DNA of 63,106 nucleotides, counting the filler, from Phoronis australis (Eukaryota > Animalia > Phoronida): NCBI GenBank assembly GCA_002633005.1. It is 5 parts of 5 records of this genome, joined end to end, with 100 filler letters (N's around TTAATTAATTAA, not from the genome) between each part and the next. Parts side by side here need not be neighbours in the genome. Positions count along the whole stretch, not along the records: positions 34,669 to 63,106 come from NMRA01000010.1; 4 more parts are not named here. One strand, 5' to 3'. A program made the translations under genes and the position numbers. The stretch's first letter is position 1; each line of letters opens with the position of its first letter. Of this stretch, positions 50,201 to 62,050 are shown piece after piece. Below the pieces are notes generated by a model that saw only the letters and a list, made by a program, of their open reading frames with translations, did no database searches and was not told where the DNA came from.

Positions 50201-52296
50201 GACCGCTCAGAAATCTATAACACTTTGACAGAGTACATTGCCGACAACGTGGGCGTAACTTTCAACACCAGATGTCTAATAGTATTGCGTGAGCTTTTGA
50301 AGTTGAAACACTCGGCCGTTTACCTTAGTTCTTATCTAGACAAAAGCCGAATTATGACAATTCCTGTCCAAAAACTCGACACTCATATGGGTGAAACAAT
50401 TTCTGGGGATATGAGTCATATTATGGAGCAGGGTTTTTTCCGTTTTGACGTCAACGAGCTAGTTGGCTACTACACAGGTGAACAAACCGATGACGGTGAA
50501 TCAAAGTATGTCGTGGCTCAGGTTTGCAGAGAATTAGAGTCAAGCGAAGAGTCACCAGGTGGCGTGAAACAACGATACGTTGTGAATATCGGCTTTGACG
50601 AAGTTGAGGTTGCCAGTGTTGACCTCTATAAGCTTTGGCAAGTTTCATCACAAGATGTAGGTGGCAAAATTCGTATTCTTGACATAGAGGCCACTAAACA
50701 CGAGATTGATATCCAGATAGAAGAAGCACGGATGATGCCCAAAGATCAAAGAGGCAGGGTCATGTGGCGCCTCTTTATGCACTGGCACCCGGATGCAGAC
50801 GAAGAAAATAGAGAGGCACGTACTGAGATTTCCAATTACCTTGAACGCTGTTGGGCTAAGTGTGAAGAGTCTACTCGCCATTCAGCTCTAGTTGGGATCG
50901 ACCAACAATCTATACGGAAACGTGTAATCATGCAACACGACAGGCGACGGAGGTGTAAGCAAAGCTACGCCGCTTCTTGTGGAACTGGTGGTGGTCTTTG
51001 GTTTTTAGCGAACCCTCCACTTCTTCCGAACCCGCGGCCTTCTTCAGCGCGCCAGTGGTACCGACAAGCCGTGGATGACTTCAATTCTTCCCAAAATGAC
51101 ATCCCACCAGGAGCTGTGGTAGAGTCTTACATCTGGGCCTGCTATAAATGCAACCAAGTAAGTGCATGGTTTTTGGTAAGTTGCAAAAGAGCAGGTGTTA
51201 GAATCTGAAAACTAATACAAACTAGGTTTCACTGGGGGAACTACGATGTGGTAAGGGGAGACAACAAGGTTTTCTTTTTGAAAAAAAATGTCTACAAAGC
51301 CCCTAAAAGGACATGTCGATGGCGGTTTTTGTTTATTTGGTCATGCCCGTTGTAGTAGTGGGTCGTGCCTCTAAATCCGTCAATGTTTTATTCCTTCAAT
51401 TTTTGTGTTCGGTTCTACATGTGTTTAGAACACAAAACTTTCTTCAATGTTATCTCAGTGTCAATTATAGTCAGTCGTTGACCTTCGCTGTGAAGTGAAC
51501 TTTCGAAATTACTGTAATCTTTAAGGCGATTGTATGGTAGCGTATACACCTTCAGATTGGTCCTCCGTTTCAACCGTTCTGAGCTATTTTCAGACGACAA
51601 GCGTCTTTATCGTATTCATGAATGAAATTTGATATCCGTCAGCTGAACTAACGTTCACCGATGAATTTATAAAATCTGTAATAGGGGCGGTACGACAAAT
51701 AAGAAGTTGAGGACGTTACGAGTATTCAGGTCGTTCTTCAGATAATGAAATTGAAATGCTCAAAGAACGTCTGGTGTTATTTCGATTTTACGACGATGCA
51801 CGTGATCAGATAAAAATGCGTAGAGATGTTTATCAGATCATATCGCTAAACTTTTTCAAAAGATTCAGTCATATAACTAACGAAAAATAGGACCATTTTT
51901 TATAAACTTCCATGTTTGATCTTAAAATCGATAAATAACTCTAATAAATGTGATATTGCAGTTCATTGCTGTATCTTTCAGGCTGCAGAGAAAGCGTTAA
52001 AAGCCGCCCAGTTTGCCGTGGACTCCAATTTGAAGTCAGAAACACATGATATAGCTTACATAGCGCACACTCTAGACATGCCTGACACCCGCGAATTGCG
52101 CTACTTAGCCGATGACCTCCGATCATTGCTTGGCGGCTGGGCAAAAATGTGCTACCCTGATGTTTTGGTAAGCGAGGCTCCAAGCGATCGCTTTAGCGAA
52201 TACCACGCCGAGGAAGCAAAAAGGTTAACCGGTGCAATTTTAGATATCGTGAGAGCGTTTCTTGAGAATCGGGGAGTGAATATTGACGTAACCTGA
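35117..52296 (+). CDS. SACS: Sacsin-like protein, 5'-partial multi-exon gene (2x SRR/HATPase_c-like, J-domain, HEPN)
   Basis: Exons 35117-35233, 37498-37645, 38164-39720, 43695-51157 and 51982-52296 all have AG/GT boundaries and compatible phases (0,1,1,0). They sum to 9600 nt = 3199 aa + TGA. Sacsin motifs: [54 protein letters not shown]; second repeat [41 protein letters not shown]; WHPD; QAAEKALKA. Confidence 0.93.
37498..37645 (+). CDS. SACS: Sacsin-like exon (SRR1 ATP-lid region)
   Basis: tactag|GGTCCTGCT...ATGACAG|gtaaat; [49 protein letters not shown]. Not in the ORF track. Confidence 0.92.
37606..37796 (+). repeat. Three ~61-65-bp tandem copies of the sacsin exon 3' end plus splice donor
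   Basis: CGATTTGGCCTAGG(A/C)TTCAAATC...CATATGAC(A/T)G|G(T/C)AAATA..GTTA(C/T)GCTATGTTG three times. Confidence 0.85.
38164..39720 (+). CDS. SACS: Sacsin-like exon (rest of SRR1)
   Basis: ttgcag|ATATGCCG...ATGTCAG|gtaagt, inside ORF 38148..39743; [45 protein letters not shown]. Confidence 0.93.
43695..51157 (+). CDS. SACS: Sacsin-like giant exon (7463 nt; SRR2, J-domain, start of HEPN)
   Basis: ttacag|GAGAAACA...AACCAA|gtaagt, inside ORF 43661..51208 (2515 aa). Confidence 0.95.
51982..52296 (+). CDS. SACS: Sacsin-like terminal exon (HEPN domain)
   Basis: tttcag|GCTGCAGAGAAAGCG; [11 protein letters not shown]...THDI...MCYPD...[13 protein letters not shown], ending in TGA. Confidence 0.92.
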   Translation, partial: AAEKALKAAQFAVDSNLKSETHDIAYIAHTLDMPDTRELRYLADDLRSLLGGWAKMCYPDVLVSEAPSDRFSEYHAEEAKRLTGAILDIVRAFLENRGVNIDVT

Positions 52297-52353
52297 AACC
52301 AACAAAGAGTCAAGGTTGCCTGACTGAAAAATGCTAAGTATAAAACCACTTCA

Positions 52354-52359
52354 AATAAA
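52354..52359 (+). terminator. Putative polyadenylation signal of the sacsin-like gene
   Basis: AATAAA about 57 nt after the stop codon, followed by T-rich sequence. Confidence 0.5.
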
Positions 52360-54159
52360 AATATTTTTTTCTGATGTATGTCGAGTTTTCTACTACCCTT
52401 GATTGGAAAAATGATGGTTAATTGTATAAGCTTAAGTACGCTAAAGTAGAACTACAAATGATCCTCACGATATTTGTACATTATATAACGTTTCACAGTT
52501 CTTGACTTAGAATTTTCAATCAAAAAATCGATTCTGATATATTTTCTATAGCTGCAAGAATGGCGAAAGAAAACTCCCATTGTTTTAGAAATCATTGTTC
52601 TGACTTTGCTCCTACTGTCTGGGTTCGTTTGTTCGAAGTAGCTTAATTATGTACCATCTCCCATGGCCATAGTCAAACTGATGTTGACATAGAATGGCGT
52701 GTGAAGTCAGGGGTAATGTGACCCGAGCTCTGATGGACGCCCTCTGTTGACTGTTGTAGTTTGGAGATCTAAACGATGAATTTTCGCGTCACTTGCCGAT
52801 GAATTTTTTGAAAATCGTGACTATGTTGAAATGTGGAGTTCGTAGGTTTTTTTTTTGGTAAAATGAAGTTTCGGCCATTCTAACTGATACGTTTTAAGAT
52901 TGTTGGTCACATTAAGCAAACTTAAACGAAAAACAGCAGTAAAATTTGTTTTTAAACTGCACTAGTACCTAGTGGTAAAATATAAAACTGATTTACATTA
53001 CAAAAACCTATTGCTTATTGCTTACTTGTAAACTACGGTGGTACCAGAGAAGTGGTATTGTGGTATTTTATCTTTGACGGTCTATATGTATGTAAGTGTG
53101 TGTGTGTTAATATATAAGAGTGTTTTTATTGTATTTTACTCATTGTTGATCAGTTAGTAAAGGTGTTCTTCTCTTTTTCTCTCACCCTGCCCCCCCCCCC
53201 CCCNCCCCCCCTTTCTTTAACTTCGACGGTGTTGATGTTTATTAGCAACAAGTAATCAATTTAGGCTTTCAAGCTGTCTCGATGAACGAGTATGACAAGT
53301 GAGTCGATATTTTGTCAACAAAAAGCATTGTTAAGTAGGAACTGTGAGGCAAATAGTAGGATAAACCAGCAATTCTGGATTACCTGCGGCCCACTTTTAC
53401 CAGAGATGCTCGCCCCATATCAATTCAACACAACAAATTCAACTTTGTCAAACTCTAGCCCACTCGTCCGCCAACAATGTCCACATGTGTCCTCGTACGG
53501 CCCTTCTCCACATTGAAATTAAGTCGTGTGCAGCCACCAAAATCGCTTGTGTAACAATATGGATGTGCCAGCGAGAACAGGTAATGCGGAAAACAAGGTT
53601 GTTATTACATTTTCACTGAGAAATTACAAATATTTACCACATTATTGGAGTTTCAATTTGAACTTCTAAATTGCTCATTTGGGGCAATGGCAGTGTCTAA
53701 ACAGTGACGTGTAATAGTGTAATGAAAATTGTTTGAAAAGTTATTTTTGTAAAGTTAATGAAATATTCACTCCTTTAATTTACTCATACAAGTGGTATTC
53801 GAGGCAAAATGTTTTTGCAGTGATATTTTGTTTAAGTGTTGTGGCAAGAATTGTGATTTAGACATTTCTGGGTAAAACGTACACAGAACTCTCTCCGTTG
53901 GTATCATATCCACTGTGTCCGTCGTCGAAGCCATACAAAACAGTGAGTAATTATTGCGTTGGGAATATGCTGATGTAAATCCCCATATGTGGGATAATAT
54001 GACTGGAATTGTTGCGGAAAACATAAGAATTTCAAACGTGAAGTCAGTGCACCTTTTTGGTGTATTCGTTCACCCTGTACTTTGCGTTATTTAGATTTAT
54101 GCTGAAATGTTGTTTAGTTACTCAGATGTAATAGTGGTTACACAGCTCGCAGTCTTGTG

Positions 54160-54366
54160 CAGAGGCCGTTCCTAGAAAACTGACTTAAGAAAAAAGCTTA
54201 CACCGTTTCAAAAAGAGATTTAAAGTTTGACTTTGTGTTTTTACTTAGGTTTTGTCTTAATTTTAACTAAATTGCAAGATTTGAAAGTTTCAGAGTTTGG
54301 AAGTTGAGACAAATCTCAGAGTTAAGTAAATATCAACTTAAGTCAGTTTCTTGGAATGGGACTCGG
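54160..54366. mobile_element. Small MITE
   Basis: GGCCGTTCCTAGAAAACTGACTTAAG ... CTTAAGTCAGTTTCTTGGAATGGGAC imperfect TIRs. Confidence 0.5.
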
Positions 54367-57300
54367 GATACTCTATCAATGAACGTGCTCACAATAGCTA
54401 TGTCTCACGTTTACGTGAACAGTAGATGAGTATTTTGTTATATTAGATAGCCATAGGATTCCTCCCCATCACAGTCTCGTGCACGTGCCCATTCGATACA
54501 ATATTTGTCAATTTTCCTATGACGCGAACATACTACAAACTGCACATTGCCCCATCGATGCAAAGAGGTCAGGAGAATATTGCTGTAATTTAATAATCGT
54601 GAACATTGTCGTGTTTTCAGCAATTTTTTTCTTATAGGAGGGATTGCTGCCTAATTATAACGATTGCTCGTTTGTAATTTAAATTGTCAAACAAACAATT
54701 CAAGGCAGGAAAACCAGTTTTGTCATGTTGTGTCTGTTGCTTGTAATTGCTCAGTGTAAGAGGGTCACAATACCTGGACCAGTTTGATATAGTAAAATCC
54801 TCAAATCAATCTTGCATCTGCCTTGATTTTACACCAAACCGCATGGTATGTTATGACTCGGGAACAACCCCACTTTCCACAATAATTAGGAGTTGCCTAA
54901 TCTCAATTTGGCCCAAGACTTATGGGTAATATTAAGAACTTATCGTATAACTTACTTATATTAAAACTTCATAATGATACTTGTGATGAATTTACTTCCA
55001 AATAGATTCCAACTGTTCAAAACATATTACTAGGCAAGAAATGTCTATCAAATAGTGGATGCAATTGAACAAACCTGGAATTTCATGTGAGGACATGCCA
55101 CATTATGCTTGACTGCGTTTATAGTTACACTATTCAATGTAAAGCTTGTCTACTACTTGTGAATAAAGACGGGTTTGTAAGCCTTCCAGACCTTCTGTGT
55201 AATTAATTTGTGTGTCATGACTGTCACTGGTGACGAGTATCGTAATACTCTAGTCTTCCCTCAATTTCATTCACACAGAAAAAGCTTATTGATGTTTTAC
55301 ACCCTAATAAAATCAACTACATTTTTGTCTCATTGTTTCAAATTAATGAAGTTGGCAATATCAAATGTTATGTACAATTTCTCAAACTGAGAATGGCTAT
55401 TTTGGATGAGGAAACGCTTGAAGACCACGATTCTTTAGTGTACGCCAGTCAAATGAATCCTGTGTTACGGTCTGGTAGAACTGTTTAACCTCCACTGTTG
55501 CAGGATCTGTGATTCTAAGCAAATTCATCATTACCATTGTAGCCCAAAATAAGGTAAATGGTGATTTTCAGCAATCTAAACCTTTTCTTCGAAATGACCA
55601 ATAACCCTCTTATCCACTTTCTAATTGTCTGACATTTCTTTGTTGTGCTTGAATTTGAAACCACACTCCTCTTAAGATCACTTATACGTCACCTTAAAAC
55701 TCAACCAATCTCGCGATTGAGTACAGATGGAGCTTATAAGCTTTCAAATGTTTGTAAATTTGGGTGGGCCTTATTTTCATTCGATGCAAAAAGAATTACT
55801 GAAATGGAAACCACCACTAACACGGTCGCTTGCTTAATCTTGGCACTGCTTGAGCGAACATACGGGAATTCTAAGTGGGGAGAACCACAGGGAACATGAC
55901 TCGCTCTTTCAACAAGGTAAGAATATGTTTGGTTGAAATCTTCAGGAATCGAGAAATGAAGAATCCGAGGGGCCGACCGGAACTTAAGCTGAAGACTGTC
56001 AGGACTTTGCAAAGCCCTATTTACTTGTTCTATAGCGAAGTTGAATTTGTCGACTGTGTTCACTGGGCGATTATTGGAAGTCGCTCCCAGTACCAACCCC
56101 ATGCCCTTAAAGAGGCATGGAACGCGAAAGCTCGTAAAAAGTACCTTTCAAACTGATCGTGTCAAATCTACTTCTTGGATATGCTAACGTAAGAGTGAAT
56201 TTACTTTGAATATTGCAAGAAATTCAAGAAAAAGTGGTTAGATTTACTATTTCTGGGAACACAGACGAAATAGAAACTCTTTCATCACAACCTGGTTTTC
56301 AAATTCTTCGCAACTAATCAGCTATATGCGCACATGCGCTCAAAGAAGTCGGACTGACTACTGCTTGAAATCGTCATTATTGTGTTTACAACGGAAGTCA
56401 AAGGTCACATGTATCATGTAAGGAAAATATGCTACGCCCACTCCAAATAAGGAGACGTGCTTTGCCTTGTGAGAGAAGACTTTCTTGGTTTACCCGACTT
56501 TTATTGTTTTTTTTTTCATAAAAAACAAAAATTTCTAATTTTGATACCTAGTCTCATACAAGAGTGAAATGTTTCAACAACAATTCCTAACCGTGTTTTG
56601 GAGAACAGCGCTCTGAGAATACTAGCTGAAAAATCCAAGTTAACCCGGCCAGCCACTTGCGACATACGATGTTCCGAAGTTAGCCAAATATGGTAATTTT
56701 TCTAGAGATTGACGTAAACTTATAGAACTTAAGGTGCCTGATATTTTGAGACTACTAGTGGTATATTTTGTAGCCAGTAAGCTATCGAGATACCAAATAC
56801 CAATGTGCATGTACATACATTTGTTCAACTGAACTCCCTATGGATCTCTGAGGACAATTACCCATACCTCGCTGCTTCATTATAGACACATAGTTTGACG
56901 TCATTTCATTTCAGTTTCCTCAGCCTTTCTCACTGTATCCTCTATTATAACTTAGAAATGGCGATTTCAGTTCATATCCTGTCTTATCCGACTGTCAATT
57001 TCGTCAACACATATTTAACGTATATTTAGCTTTAAGAGGAGTCTCCCAGTTAAAATGAGACCCAATCAGCCACAGCCTAACACATGATCTGCTCCTGGCC
57101 ACATCCACAAGAAACGAGTATTGTTTTCCTTTTTGTTCATCTCCAATAATGGATAGTTTGGGTCAATTCTAACGTAGTGTGAAGTACTGAGGTTGTTTAT
57201 GCGACGAGGACAGCAACTGAAGTCCGCATTTGGTCCGCTTCCCGCCCGGTACGTGTAGGAAATGTACAAAATTTATCTAAAATTTGTAAGGTAAATTAAT

Positions 57301-60109
57301 GTAACTGACAGTGGGCAAAAATTAAAAAATGACCGTCTCATTGTATTGACTATCATGCTGTTGATTGGAAAAAATGGCAACACATCGGTAAACTTGTTAC
57401 TGTAAAACAGTGTGTTATGTGGACTCCCAATTGCATTGCTTCACTAACTTGATCCTTTGCGTGTCAACTACCATTAGCAACCACGGAGCCCTAATGAATT
57501 ATTAACTCACATATTCATAAATAGCATTGACTTTATATTGTTCGACGTTTTTTGAGCGCGTGTGAGGGAAATTGACGCTCTAAACGTATCGATATATGTC
57601 GATGGAGCTGTTTTCTGTAGATATTTTTGCTCAAACAATCAAAACGTTAGAGCGCGTTCGGCGCCTCACCAATATTTTTGGTTAACATCCCCGTTTGATT
57701 TGACGTCGAAGAAGGCCCATCGTCTCAGCGACATCTATAGAGGATAAAAATTCTTCTAGAGTTGATAACCTCGCGGCTGGTAACGAGAAAACCAATGCTT
57801 GAATCAAAAAAGCTATCGCCCACGAGCTTCTAGCATTAATACCCCGAGTGCGTGGTACAAGTTTTCACCTTTTCGCTAAAAATAAAATTATTGTCATCCG
57901 GGTCACTGTCTCGTAAAATTTAAGTGCTACTGAAAACAAGTTAGAGGAAGAGCCAACACGGTTGATCCGTTCTTTGTAACTGGTTGGCAAAAACTAAATA
58001 ATGTGCAAATAACATATTTTCAGTGATTAGCCTACGTTTCGTATCATGGGACGCGCGAGTCTTTACGCATGTATCTCGATTTCAACAATAAGTTTCAATT
58101 CAAAAGAAACGAACATGTGTTAGGAATGTAACAAAATTAAAGCTGCAGTTAATCTGTCTTCCATAACCCAAAAAATAACTTATGACTTGACCACTTGATG
58201 CTATGAAATTCATCTGAAATCACTCACAAGTCAAACTGGAATTGATAACACAACAGCGAAAGAAGTGACAGTTCGTTACTGCTGGAGATAATGCTCATGT
58301 AAATATTGGCTTGTCATGACGTGTCACTTTATATCCTGAGGATGATCACAAGGAGTTGTTACTTCTTTGCAAACACAGAAATCAGCAAGGAACAAGTTCA
58401 GAACAGTTTTTATAGGTGAATGGTGTAAATCAAAAATTCTTCGTATACGTTTATTGCCCATACTTTTACGATATGTTCAAGTGCTACATACTTTTATGGT
58501 AGGAGATAGTGGCCCACCATGAGTCGTGTGAGGTACCATGAGACCACCCCCTTTTCAGTAAACCGATTGTACATTTAACGATAGCCTGCGTTCATGTCGC
58601 TCCCCTATCGGTATTCATAGATATTATGAACTGGCTTACGTCTGTGTTTCTTTGTTCACGAATTATGCAGAGTTTATCGATTTATTGATTGTAAAGTAAA
58701 TTGTGCCCCACTTTCCCCTAGTTAAGTCTTGGAATTTGCCCTCAAACGTTGTTGACGAAAGTAAATAGCAAGACACGAAAAGGTTTGACGTATCAAGCCG
58801 TTTCCTACGATTGGCGTTGAAAGCGTCAAGACTGGAACCACAGCCGCGTAGAGGCTAGAGGGTTCTGATCTCCCATGCTCGATGTCCACTTGGTAACCGC
58901 AATGCAATTTCACTGTCTGAGTATCAACTCACTAGACTTTCCAAATTAAGTCATTAAAGATGTATTTGCATGCTCATAACTATGCTAATGTATAGCAGGA
59001 ACTAAACGACAATGCTATTCGAACATCACCTACGCTAAACAAAGTGCAGATGTATTCATTGATAACTTATAAATGTGAAAACAAAAAAGGAATTAGTATG
59101 TAAGTTCCACTTTAAGGTCATGACCTTGGTTTGCACGAAGCCGACTGTAGGCCCTAATGTATAGTATTCAGACCAATAGTGTTGAATAGGTTTGATCGTG
59201 TGAGGCCGCTATAGACGCAAACAGTGCAACTGAAAGGGCGATTTCGAAGAAATTTACCAGATATTTATCTCAATCCTCGAAGGGCGGAGCACCTCGTTCG
59301 TTGAGCAGATAGTTGGTCGAGCATTAAGTCGCTGCCGCCCGGCCTGTGAATCGCCGATGAAAACTGTATTAGGCAGGTAAGACCATCAATAAAAGGAAGA
59401 AACTGGTTTGAAGTCCTCGTTTCTAGTATTGATTTGTCTTTATCCGTATTGGAATGCTTCTGCAGTGAGACCTGCATAGCACCCTAATAGACCCCAGTTT
59501 CTAGTCAGTAGGTACATGTGAGAAGCCGAGGTCATGATCGAGCTAATGAGTATCGTGGCAGTTTGAAGGCTTATAGTTCCACTTGTACTTAATATGGTGA
59601 TGGCCAGACTTTTATACAAAACAGAAGAATTCTCAAATTCAAAAGGACAGTAAACCATCTTCGATCTGTCCCCTGCTAATGTTCCATCACTTGACTAGTG
59701 ATCACAAATCACACTTACATGTATCCTATCTGAACTGTTGCCTAATAACCCGGCAGCTCAAACTCATAGACATTGTATACATGCGCCGTTTTTGACTGAA
59801 TTCTAAAATTTAGGGTTGGATTAGTCGTATAAACTCTAATGCGTTTTTGTTCGCGTGCTTGGTAACGAAAAACACGTCCTGTCAAGGAAAGGTGTGTTAT
59901 GACACCGATTTTGTCAACTTAAAGGGGCTTCCATCATAAAATTTTTTTGTAGCGCAAATTGCTGCTTGATCAAAATAGGTGTGAATCCTACGCTTATAAA
60001 GAACTGCGCATGTGGGCCCATTGCATTGTTCAGCTGGAACCATTTTTGTGCTTTATTGATATTTACTTATAACTAAGCTGAAGAGCTATAAACCTGATTC
60101 AAGGGTTTA

Positions 60110-60188
60110 GCAGTGTTGCCCAGTGGGACTCGAACAGCGACCGCGAGTAAAGAAAGCGGCACCTATCACACTAGGCCACACTGCTTCC
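60110..60188 (-). mobile_element. tRNA-derived SINE head
   Basis: The - strand reads GGAAGCAGTGTGGCCTAGTGTGATAGG...GCTGTTCGAGTCCCACTGGG (A and B boxes). Confidence 0.55.
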
Positions 60189-61840
60189 TCTGAACTAAAG
60201 AACTATAAGTTGACTTGTAACGTACAGCGTGTTAGTTTATTTGCCGAACGCGGGCTTGAGCAATATAGTCTAATTGCCACCCCAATAGCTCCCATAGTGA
60301 ACCTTGTAATGCTGATTACTGTAAATTTTTTTGTTGAAATATATTAAATATGATCAGGAGAACAAAATTAGCTTGGTTGCATAGTGCAACTTTGCAATTC
60401 AAGATGGCGCATTCCGCCATTATGAATTTCGACCCAGTTTAGTTTATTCAATGTGATGACTAACAGGGTCATGTAATACATTGTTTATACCATTTTCTGT
60501 GATGGGATGTCCATTTCTGATGTTATTTTATTGATACGGGGTTGTTTTCAAGTTCAAACCAGAGGTCAAATGTCAAAACCGCCTAGCAGAATTTTGAGAT
60601 TTTAGTTTTTTATCTCATTATTTTTCATTTTCTTCGTTAACCTCTTCAAGCTATATTTTCAAAATGTTGACTATTGCATAGATGTACTATAGTGGGCCAA
60701 ACATTTTGCTCACAAGTTTCATGATTGTTGTATTAGCACACTAGAGAAAGCGTATGGCGTGGAAATGCTCATACACTCAGCAGTTGCTGATGCGTCCAGC
60801 ATGGTTACCGGAACTGCCCATTACTCCAAAAAACACAACTACGAAAAACCACTGCTCCGAAACGAAAACACTACTCCGAAGAAACCCACGCCTCCTTCAA
60901 ATATGAACGCATTTGTTTCATTTTATAACACTAATACAACGAGACTAATATAACGATTTGTCACTTCATTGCAAGACCAAAATTCACTTCATATCTGAAA
61001 TTAAATTTAAATCAAAGGTTAGTTTCTTCGACGGAACGCGGTTTTCTTGTTGCTACTGGAGTATATTTCCTCTTACTTTTTGATTTTGGAATAGTAAGAA
61101 AATGAATTGGTACACGCATACATGGGCAGAGAACGAATAAAATTAAAGCTTAAAATTTTCTGATATAAACAGCCAAGCAGCACCGTCCACATTTACTTGA
61201 CTGTTGTGGCCAGAATTGTGGACATTTGCCTCTTGCCAAAGGGCTTCCGAAGGAGGGAAAGTTCTGTTATTGTATTGCAAACAGAATTTGTGAGCTGGCT
61301 AAGATTTTCGAAGAACTGTCAAAACGAGAAAGGAAAAAAGAGTATATTTTCACGAGCTTTAAAGACTTGGGTGATCAAATGCTCCAGCCTGCTTAACAGT
61401 GATGGAAGAAATAGAATTGATGAAATTATAAATATACGACATGAAAGGACAAATTATTGGAATGCTTTTCTAAACAAGATGAGGCTAATGTTTTTAATGA
61501 AATGCGCGAGTTTACTGCTCCTTCTAGAAAAAACGCCGGGGGAGACGTCGAACAATTTCGTATCACAGTCAATACTAGACCACGGGCCAGCGTTATCACT
61601 TATCAGCAGTGACAGTCGCACAGCTCGCTGAGTAAGCTCTGAATCCAAGAAAAATGAGTTTTCGAAGAAATATACATCGTCCTGTAATGAAAATACTCTA
61701 TACGGATTTTTACACAATGACGGGCGATGGAAACAAATGAATGTGAAAATACATGGCCTGATTTCAAACATTGATTGACCTATTTTGTGGCATTTTGGAC
61801 AAAGTATATGGCTTTGATACAATGACAGATAATGCAGTTA

Positions 61841-62050
61841 AGGGCTCGTTTCATGAAAGATACAAAAATTTGGTCTAACGCTCCCTACTCGTAAAAAGGT
61901 TTCGTCAAATAATAATGAACGCATCACAGGCTAGAAATAATTCATATATTCTTAGAGACTTTGCACTTTTCTCAAGTGAAGTTTAAAAATCATTTTCAGG
62001 CATAGATGAACTAAGCATAGGATCAAATTTATTCGTAGAAACGAGCTTCT
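61841..62050. mobile_element. Small MITE
   Basis: GGGCTCGTTTCATGAAAG ... TTCGTAGAAACGAGCTTC imperfect TIRs. Confidence 0.45.

Noticed and set aside
44077-50881. Numerous antisense and alternate-frame ORFs in the sacsin giant exon
   Set aside because: Shadow ORFs of a long coding exon, with no recognisable motifs
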